Shown here piece by piece: positions 1-8,000 of a DNA stretch of 64,000 bases. Location of the stretch: contig JADKJE010000001.1 in the NCBI GenBank assembly GCA_016722515.1, positions 452,189 through 516,188 of the forward strand. Direction: 5' to 3'. The stretch's first letter is position 1. Every line of letters starts with the position of its first letter. A program made the position numbers and the translations under genes. Source of the stretch: Alphaproteobacteria bacterium. Its GTDB lineage: Bacteria; Pseudomonadota; Alphaproteobacteria; Rickettsiales; JADKJE01. The notes under the pieces were generated by a model. It did no database searches and had not been told where the DNA came from. It was given only the letters and a program-made list of their open reading frames with translations.

Positions 1-763
1 TATCTTCAAAATGGGTCTTACCACGCATGATTACTGAACCACGCCCTGTATGCAGTGCCGAATGGCTCCCTTTACGACCCAAGATAATACCACCTGTAGG
101 AAAATCCGGCCCAGGCATCACGGTCATCATATCATCGATGGTGGTTTCGGGATTATCAATATACATGCAACAGGCGTCAATCACTTCACCCAAATTATGG
201 GGTGGAATGTTCGTAGCCATACCTACAGCAATACCGCCAGCACCATTGACTAACAAATTAGGAAACTCAGCGGGCAATACCTGTGGTTCCTTTTCTGAAC
301 CATCATAGTTGGGTTGGAAGCCTACGGTATCTTTATCGATATCGGTCAACAAACGATGAGCCGATTTGGCTAAACGAGATTCGGTATAACGCATCGCCGC
401 AGGAGAATCGCCATCCATCGAACCAAAGTTACCTTGCCCGTCAATCAGCGGCAAACGCAACGAAAAATCCTGCGCCATCCGCACTAACGAATCATAAATA
501 GCACTGTCACCATGGGGATGGTATTTACCCATCACTTCACCGACGATACGAGCCGATTTTTTATAAGCCCGGTTCCAATCACAACCTGATTCGTGCATGG
601 CAAACAAAATACGCCGATGTACTGGCTTTAGTCCATCACGGGCATCCGGAATGGCACGGCTGACGATTACGCTCATCGCATAATCGAGATAGGACCGCCT
701 CATCTCCTGTTCAATACTTACAGGTAGGACATCAGAATCGATAATATCTACATTGCTATTCAA
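1..763 (-). CDS. gyrA: DNA gyrase subunit A, N-terminal part (gene continues past the window start)
   Basis: Not in the ORF track because it runs off the edge. My reverse-strand translation from TTG 763-761 (AGAGG about 8 nt upstream) reads [107 protein letters not shown]. This contains the QRDR and the catalytic-Tyr AAMRYTE block. The GNFGS.DGD motif favours GyrA over ParC. Confidence 0.9.
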   Translation of the reverse strand, partial: MNSNVDIIDSDVLPVSIEQEMRRSYLDYAMSVIVSRAIPDARDGLKPVHRRILFAMHESGCDWNRAYKKSARIVGEVMGKYHPHGDSAIYDSLVRMAQDFSLRLPLIDGQGNFGSMDGDSPAAMRYTESRLAKSAHRLLTDIDKDTVGFQPNYDGSEKEPQVLPAEFPNLLVNGAGGIAVGMATNIPPHNLGEVIDACCMYIDNPETTIDDMMTVMPGPDFPTGGIILGRKGSHSALHTGRGSVIMRGKTHFED

Positions 764-842
764 GGTAACACCTCTTCAAAAACGAATTAAATCATATGCT
801 ATGAGCATAGCGCATCCACTGTCTTACAGCAAGGAAAACAGG

Positions 843-1961
843 CTAGATTGACTCTGTTTTTTTCTTGCGTACAGCTCGCTTCCTTGGCTTCTCTTCGCCA
901 GCAATTTCAGCATTCTCCAGAGACTCCGTGGACATGGCTGTTAAACTACCGGGAAAAAGATAACCACCCTCTTCGATAGGAAGGCTGAATTCGTCTTCTT
1001 TGGCTTCTTTAGCATGAGACCGTGCTGGTGAATCATTAGCCACGGGCTCGGAAACGGCAGCGACATCTGAAGCAGCGACAGGTTGCGGACGTTTAAGTTT
1101 CTTTGATTTTTCGCGCGCAAGTGAAACAACCTTTGATGCTGATTTAGGCTCCTCAGCGGTAATGTCTTGAGAATAACTCTCATGGCCGGCAACCGTCATG
1201 GCCAATTTAACCAGATGTTCAACCGCATCAAATTCTTCATGGCTTTCTGCGTGTGCGTCACCATGATTATAAGGCGTTTCTTTTCGCTCAATATGCGATG
1301 GCAAAAGGATCAAAGCCTCACATGCCTGGGTCATAATATTGCGGATCGTATCCAGCTGCGAACTTAACCAATATTGCATAGCCAGTGCAGGTATCGCAAT
1401 CACCAATCCAGCAATGGTGGTAATCAGTGCTTGCCAGATACCTTCTGCCAACATCGATGGATCTACTTTATTTCCCGATGCGGCAATAACCGCGAATGCA
1501 TGCACCATGCCAATCACCGTACCAAGCAAACCAAGCAGCGGTGCAGCCTGGGTAACAAACTCCAGTCCTTTCATGTGTGACTGGATCGATTCTAAACTAC
1601 GCTCACCTTGATGCTTAAGCTCAAGTTCAAAGGCTTCCTTGCTAAGATGGCCTTCTTGCTTAAGGGCTAGACCATAGGTAATCAACTGCTCGGCAGGATG
1701 CTTATGCACCGCAGGCAATATATTTTCTACCGATAACGGATCACTATTCCTAAGTGCAGCAATGGCATCATCCAATGAATGTTTACTATATAAACGCATG
1801 GAGATAACTTGATACACTTTATAGATAAAAATAGCGGTCACATAAATAGATAACGCTATCAGCACATAAAAAGTTGTGCCACCAATATCGAATATTCCCG
1901 AAAAACTGGTAGGTAAACCGCGAGACATAATGTATCCTTTCAAAAATCGAAAAACTTTCAA
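843..1961 (-). CDS. MotA/TolQ/ExbB proton-channel family protein with a long charged C-terminal tail
   Basis: 372-aa ORF. It has an N-terminal TM helix plus the paired TM block APLLGLLGTVIGMVHAF...ITTIAGLVIAIPALAMQYW typical of ExbB/TolQ. About 165 aa of acidic/basic low-complexity tail follow. The start may be the internal MSRGLP. Confidence 0.7.
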   Translation of the reverse strand: MKVFRFLKGYIMSRGLPTSFSGIFDIGGTTFYVLIALSIYVTAIFIYKVYQVISMRLYSKHSLDDAIAALRNSDPLSVENILPAVHKHPAEQLITYGLALKQEGHLSKEAFELELKHQGERSLESIQSHMKGLEFVTQAAPLLGLLGTVIGMVHAFAVIAASGNKVDPSMLAEGIWQALITTIAGLVIAIPALAMQYWLSSQLDTIRNIMTQACEALILLPSHIERKETPYNHGDAHAESHEEFDAVEHLVKLAMTVAGHESYSQDITAEEPKSASKVVSLAREKSKKLKRPQPVAASDVAAVSEPVANDSPARSHAKEAKEDEFSLPIEEGGYLFPGSLTAMSTESLENAEIAGEEKPRKRAVRKKKTESI

Positions 1962-2034
1962 ACTTGACAGAAGAGTGTATCATCTTAAGATCGGCTGGTA
2001 AAGGAATAAGTCAATTATACAGGAGTTAAGGACC

Positions 2035-2907
2035 ATGCCCAACCACGCGCCAACCATTGAATGCTGGATCATTCATTTTGAGGTTCCTGCTGAAGCTTCT
2101 ATGATTGTAAGTGAATGGTTTAACGATGGTATCCTGGTGGATGAAGGTGAAGGTGAGTTTCTTCTGTATGTAGAGTCCGCTCCACAGCACGACGAATGGC
2201 AGCAGCGCTTTATAGAACTTGCCGAAGTCGCGCAGATTGCCAACCGCATCCCATTTGAGATCTTACCGGTACAGGCAGAGGATTGGGTTGCCAAAACGCA
2301 AATCAAAAATTTCTGCCTTGAAATCGGCAGGTTCGTGATTTACGACCCCTTCTATCAAGGTGAGGTTCCCCAAGCCCATATCCCCATTTGCGTAGACGCA
2401 CAATTTAGCTTTGGAGCTGGTGACCATCCTACCACCAAAGGATGCCTGCTTGCCCTAGATGAAATTACCCATCGCGATTTCACTCCCCTATCCATGCTTG
2501 ATATAGGATGCGGTACGGGCATTCTCTCTATCGCTATGGGCAAACTCTGGCATGGGCCCATTTTAGCTTCGGATATTAAATCTACCGCCGTCGATGCCAC
2601 TCGTGAAAACACATCTCTTAATGGACTTACCAACCGCATTTCCTGCATTGAAGCCGATGGGCTTCGCCATCCTTCCTTTAAAGAATATGCACCGTATCAA
2701 TTAGTTTGCGCTAATGTGCTTGCCCCCGTATTAGTTGATATAGCCGCTTCATTGGATACATTAATTGCCCCCAGCTGCACGATTATTTTATCTGGAATCT
2801 TACTGCATCAGGCCGATCAGGTTGTTGCTGCCTATGCGTTGTTGGGTTTTATCGAACATAAGCGCTTCCCCATTGGCGATTGGGTAACCTTATCCTTATC
2901 GCGCTAA
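2035..2907 (+). CDS. prmA: Ribosomal protein L11 methyltransferase
   Basis: 290-aa ORF with FGAGDHPTTKGCL and the SAM-binding block MLDIGCGTGILSIA, as in PrmA. Confidence 0.85.
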   Translation: MPNHAPTIECWIIHFEVPAEASMIVSEWFNDGILVDEGEGEFLLYVESAPQHDEWQQRFIELAEVAQIANRIPFEILPVQAEDWVAKTQIKNFCLEIGRFVIYDPFYQGEVPQAHIPICVDAQFSFGAGDHPTTKGCLLALDEITHRDFTPLSMLDIGCGTGILSIAMGKLWHGPILASDIKSTAVDATRENTSLNGLTNRISCIEADGLRHPSFKEYAPYQLVCANVLAPVLVDIAASLDTLIAPSCTIILSGILLHQADQVVAAYALLGFIEHKRFPIGDWVTLSLSR

Positions 2908-3543
2908 CGCATGGCGTAACGCATACGCCCCGCATACCAATGCCAATGGCAGCAAAAACAAATCCAGCCCCACCAAGCTGACCAGGCCAATCTGGCCTTT
3001 GCTTGCAGCCACACCCAAAACAATGAGCGGAATCTGCAAGGGAAAAACAATTATCGGCAAAAAACGGCTAGCCCTGGATACTCCTAACATAAGGCTTGCT
3101 AAGCCTACCCCCACCAAACTGATCGCAGGCGATCCACACAAAACCGAAAGTGCAATCGATTGCTGCATCGATTCTGGCAACGCCAATAATAGTCCAAACA
3201 CCGGGGTCACCACCACCACCACCACACCGGTTAACAACCAATGGGTCAGGATTTTAAGAAAAATCAAAAAAGCTGGATGGACACCCTGTAGGACCATTTG
3301 TTCTAATACGCCATCCTCATAATCTTTCTCTAACAGATGCGGCAGTGACATCATCGCGGCAAATAAAGTAGTCAACCAGATAATGCCTGGAGCCAGCTCG
3401 GTTAAACTGTGTGATTCAACACCAAAAGCAAATGGAAACAAACTAACCGACACCACCATGAATGCAAGAAAGTAAAACACATTGCCTTGGTGCTTAAACG
3501 CCATCGTCCATTCGCGATGCAATACCATAAGTAATCGTGTCAC
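2896..3543 (-). CDS. ccmB: Heme exporter protein B (cytochrome c maturation)
   Basis: 215-aa polytopic membrane ORF. It overlaps ccmA by 4 nt, which is the CcmA-CcmB arrangement. Confidence 0.8.
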   Translation of the reverse strand: MTRLLMVLHREWTMAFKHQGNVFYFLAFMVVSVSLFPFAFGVESHSLTELAPGIIWLTTLFAAMMSLPHLLEKDYEDGVLEQMVLQGVHPAFLIFLKILTHWLLTGVVVVVVTPVFGLLLALPESMQQSIALSVLCGSPAISLVGVGLASLMLGVSRASRFLPIIVFPLQIPLIVLGVAASKGQIGLVSLVGLDLFLLPLALVCGAYALRHALAR

Positions 3544-4157
3544 ACATCCTCCTTGAAGAGATTCAAATCCACTTCCAATGTATAATCCAGGGACAATGTT
3601 TCATGGCTGGTTAGAATCACAATACCGCCTTCTTTCGTGCGGGTGGTAATTAAGTGGCTGAGCGAACGCTTACCTGCATCATCTAAATGGGTGTAAGGCT
3701 CATCAAGCAACCAAATTTTACTATAACATGCCATTACCCGTGCCAGGGCCACCCGTTTTAACCATCCCATGGAAAGCTGGTGGCACGGTATATTCATTTT
3801 TTCCTGCAAATCAAAATAATGGATTGCTGGTGCAACCATTTGTGGCGACTGGGCCAGCGAGGCAAAAAACTCGATATTCTGTAATACGGTTTGTTCTGGC
3901 GTAATCCCAAGCCGATGGCCAAGATATTGCCGTGATGGGCAATATTCGTCATAAAAATGGAAGATTGAATAATTGCCCCAATAAATATCACCACGATCTG
4001 GCCGGCGCAATCCCGCCATCATCCTGAGCAACGTCGACTTACCGCAGCCATTTGGACCTTTGACCACCACAATAGCGCCATCACCAATAGTGCATCCCCA
4101 TTCATAAAAGAGACGTTTATTATTGCGGACAGCCCATAAATTTTCGCACGTTAGCAT
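3540..4157 (-). CDS. ccmA: Heme ABC exporter ATP-binding protein
   Basis: 205-aa ORF with Walker A GPNGCGKSTLLRMMAG, signature LSMGWLKRVALAR and Walker B IWLLDEP. Confidence 0.85.
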   Translation of the reverse strand: MLTCENLWAVRNNKRLFYEWGCTIGDGAIVVVKGPNGCGKSTLLRMMAGLRRPDRGDIYWGNYSIFHFYDEYCPSRQYLGHRLGITPEQTVLQNIEFFASLAQSPQMVAPAIHYFDLQEKMNIPCHQLSMGWLKRVALARVMACYSKIWLLDEPYTHLDDAGKRSLSHLITTRTKEGGIVILTSHETLSLDYTLEVDLNLFKEDV

Positions 4158-4337
4158 GTTGAGAATTGTGATTAATTTTCAGGTGGTTAGTGTATTCGAA
4201 ATTGTTCCTCGATACCAGCATTTTTGAAAAAAAACATATTTTCGAAAAAAAAACATGTCTTTGTCTCAAATATATGCTATAAGCTTCTCCAGAACGGCTG
4301 CATATGTTTTTAAGGAAGTGTCTTTAAATCCTATAGC

Positions 4338-4436
4338 TAGCCTGTATTAGGGGCCTACTATACTATCTCTCCCCCAAAATGAATCATCCCCCCCGATGCG
4401 ATTCTTCCCAGATATAGTAGGCCTCTAAACAGGCTA
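4338..4436. repeat. Long imperfect inverted repeat (about 24-bp stem, about 50-nt C-rich loop)
   Basis: The left arm TAGCCTGTATTAGGGGCCTACTATA (4338-4362) pairs with the right arm TATAGTAGGCCTCTAAACAGGCTA (4413-4436). The pairing has one bulge and one G.U. The loop contains C5 and C7 runs. Confidence 0.6.
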
Positions 4437-4584
4437 ACATTTTTCTCTTTTCCCTGTCAAATAATATTTAAAAACTCTGTCGTGTCGTTGATCCATATGG
4501 CCGGCTAAAGACGGCTGCGCTAGAGCGTTTTTAATTTAGGTGTAATGATATCGCCCAAAACTCGATCATTTTCATTTTTTCTGT

Positions 4585-4624
4585 CTTCGTCAATGGGACA
4601 CCCGAAACGAGGTTTTAGAGATCG
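4585..4624 (-). repeat. 40-bp dispersed repeat, copy 1 (inverted relative to copy 2 at 53103-53142)
   Basis: The reverse complement, CGATCTCTAAAACCTCGTTTCGGGTGTCCCATTGACGAAG, is identical to 53103-53142. Similarity extends to about 55 bp with 3 mismatches. Confidence 0.8.
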
Positions 4625-4721
4625 TTCAACCTTTTCCTGACTTCTGCCAAATGTGAGGCTGTTTGGTTTTGTTTTTAATAGAATCATTGAATGTGGCAAT
4701 GACAGCATGTTGCCTTCCCCC

Positions 4722-4767
4722 CCCCTCCTTATACATTTAAATCATCTTTTCAATGTATAAGGAGGGG
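4722..4767. repeat. Perfect 15-bp inverted repeat preceded by a C9 homopolymer
   Basis: The arms are CCCCTCCTTATACAT (4722-4736) and ATGTATAAGGAGGGG (4753-4767), separated by a 16-nt loop. A run of 9 C spans 4717-4725. Confidence 0.65.
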
Positions 4768-5012
4768 CTCTTGTTCTTCTAGGATCGCATGTACATCAAA
4801 GGAACATACCAAATCTCCGCAAAACACCCAACTCGAATTTTCTTAATCAATAACATATTGATTTATAATGATCTAAAATTTCAAATCTCAGTAGCCGACA
4901 AAAACAAGAAGACTGGGCCTGTTCTAACCAAATTCCTGCAGTTTATGAACTTAATAGCAGGGTCACGTCTTTGTCCTCATCGACAAAACCTAGAATGAAA
5001 ATACTCTCACCG

Positions 5013-8000
5013 TCAGCCTAACGCACGAGAGTTACGTTGTTGTTGTTGTTTATGCAGCGCCTGAGTAAAACTCTTAGCATCATCTAGGGACATACCAATC
5101 CACCAACCGCCTTTTTCATCCTGAGCAACCGTAAGTGCTTGAATCCCTAATGGCCTTTGCTTGATAGCGTCTAAACATTGGTCCACTTGTTGTTTTGATT
5201 TAAAAAGATAATACCGTTCGCCTGTTTCTACTTTAGTCCACTGAGAAACTGGTACGGTAAGGGGCAATAAGTAGAAACCAACCCTAAACACACTCCCATC
5301 TTCTTTACGTTTCAATTTTATAGGATCCTGAGTCAACTTTTTAGCAATAATATTGTTGATGCACGTCGTGGCTTCTTTACGACTCGAAAAATCATAATAG
5401 CCTTTTTCTCGTCCCGTCTTTTTACTGCTTCCGGTATATTTTGCGACATAGCTAGTTTGATGAGGCACAGGTGCTTTGGATGGCGCCTGTTTTGAGGGAC
5501 TAGGAAGGGATTCCCCTTCTTCAAAGAAAATATCCAAATCATCTTCAGAATTAAGCTCTACACTGATTTCAGTTTGTTCTGATTTCATCTCAGCGTTAAT
5601 AACATTAACTTCGTTAGTTAAAGGCTTCTCAGCTTTAGATTCTACATATTGATTCGTATACACTTTGAGTTGGTTATCTTCAGCTAGTCTAATGGTCTTT
5701 AATTTACATACTTCAGTGAGGAAAGTACCGAATGGATCCTCCGCTTCTTTATATTTATCTTGGATAATCTCTTTCAAATCTACCTTAAAAGCTCTAATTT
5801 TATCAACCCTCAACTCCTTTTCCCCATTTAATCCAAGAACTAAATTCAATACGTTACAGGAAGCCACTTTTTGCTCTTGAGGCACCTGTTCTCCAAAAAC
5901 ATTATCCAACAAATCATCTACTTTTTTATTCAAAGATTTTAAATATTCCCTATATTCAACTTCTATGTTGTTTATAATGCCGTCCTTACTAATACTATTG
6001 TTTTCATTACTAACTTCACATGAAAGTGATCCATTACTAGCAATATTGAACTGTTGCATGACAGTTTGCGACTTGGCAAGACATTGTTCCCTGAATTGCT
6101 TTATATAGCTTTCTTTAGCTTTACTATTTTTGTTTTTTTCTGAATATATTGACTCAAATAAATGAATTAATATCTTCGCATCACCACCACTTAAATATAT
6201 CTTCTGTCTAGTATCCAAAACATTGGGGGATTTTCTGCATTCAAGCCACCCATATAATACAATTGACCGATCTAATAACTCTCTATTTCCTAGATGAAAT
6301 GCTTGCCAAATGCCCAAGCGCAAAGTCGTCTGTGATTTAATTATTTCAACATTTTGGGTGGTGTCAGACCTTAATATATTTGCTATTTTCTCAGCATCAC
6401 TATTAGCCTTTCCTCTTTGTAATAGATCAGGACAACCTTTGGCATAATCTTTTGTAAGCCATTGCCATTGAGGCAATTTTTTGTTACATTGAGATTCAAT
6501 AGTTTCTTTTATCTTCTTATCTAATTTCTTTTTATTCTCTGGTGATAATTGATTTGCAATACTAGGTATAGTTTCCATGTCGATGGTAGGATATTTTGAT
6601 GCAGGCCCAGTCTCGTAAACACGATAATAAAGCAGTGCCAAAGACTCATTTTCTTTTCCTAAAACACCAGTTAATTTATAACTTGTTTGCTGGCACAACG
6701 CCTCTTTGGCCTGCATCCAGACCCATTCACCATTCAGTGTTTGCCCGCCATCAACTTCCACTCCTTTTTGCAAGATTTCAGATATGTCATATACTACAGC
6801 CTCAACCATTTCCAAGCATCTGTAAGTGGCCCATTGGAGATCCATCCCCTTCTTTTTCTTTTCGCTAGCTTGAGTTGCTTTTTTGGTTCTGACAGGAGTG
6901 AGGATCTTTGTAAATTTTAACTTTGACTTCTTAGGCTTTGTAGTTTTTTTTGTCTGTTCGTCATGTAACTCAAACAATTGATTATTCGACATTCCCAATA
7001 AATCTAATTCAGTGTACTTATATTTTGTGGTAAGATCGTTTTTTACGCCAATTCTTTTATTGGAAAATATTTTAAACTTCTCCATATCCTCAGAATTAAT
7101 TGAATATTCACTACCATGAATTGTAATTATATTTTCTACATACTTTCCACCAGCAGAGTATGATTTCCCCGGCATGCTTCCATTAACATTAATACCAGAG
7201 CTATGAGGGTTCTTTCTTCTCTTTTTTCGTGTTGGTTTAACCCGTGCTCTTTCACCCACACTATCTGTAACATCCAACGGTTGCTCAAGTCCATTTATTT
7301 CTAATCTTGAACTTATACCTAAAATAGGAGCAATCTCTTTTTCATTCTCTAGAAATTCTACCCACTTAGATATAACATTGCCATTAACACGACCTTGTAG
7401 CTTATCGCTGTCAATCGTTTTTTTATAAACTACCTGATCACTTTCGCTAATCGGACCAGAGCTTGATTTGACAGGGCTACTATTTTGAGCATCATTCTGA
7501 GCAAAAGTGATTTTTGCCATATCGATAATTTTCCAGGCATCCGTTGGATTTTTTTGAGCCTGAAGTAACGTTCGTGGGCAAGGTATTTGGCTATAAGCAT
7601 AAATTGCAGGATAGCTCAAGATTACATTTCTATGCCCTTTTGCTAAGCAATAACGTTTTAGAACCTTGAGCTGAAACGCAGACTTCACCCTTGGGTTCAT
7701 ATCATGCGTAATTTCCTTAATAAAATCTCTAGCAAATAATTTACAATCAGATTGGCCAAATACCACGTCTTGATTACTGTCTTTTAACGTTTTTGCAACT
7801 TCTTCTAACCGAGTTAAGAAGTCATAGAGATTAGCGATAAGGCCTTTTGATCCATTCTCGCTTTTTTCTTTTAAATACTTTCCAGTTAGACTCTCCCATT
7901 CTATAAAAAATCTGGCTTTTTCCAGGTCTGTTGCATTGCATTCAATAATAACCTTGGCAACATGTTCATACCATAAACCAACGGCACGCTCTATTTTCTC

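Noticed and set aside
27-501. Three plus-strand track ORFs (27..308, 50..253, 283..501) at the left edge
   Set aside because: They lie antisense to a continuous, strongly GyrA-like reading frame on the minus strand. Their sequences are low-complexity and have no recognisable motifs.
4611-4640. GGTTTTAGAGATCG within the dispersed repeat resembles the start of type II (Cas9) CRISPR repeats
   Set aside because: There are only two copies, 48 kb apart and in opposite orientation, with no regular repeat-spacer periodicity. The cas genes present are type I-C, whose repeats look different.
4520-4708. 62-aa ORF covering repeat copy 1, with an LKPRFGCP string faintly like IS630-type HTH segments
   Set aside because: Only the roughly 55-bp repeat core is shared with the second locus, and the frame is closed by stops on both sides there. 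The resemblance to transposase HTH motifs is too short to support a call.
4717-4725. C9 homopolymer as a phase-variation switch
   Set aside because: It does not lie within a coding region or between recognisable -35/-10 elements of a gene, so there is no evident expression consequence. It is kept only as part of the hairpin observation.
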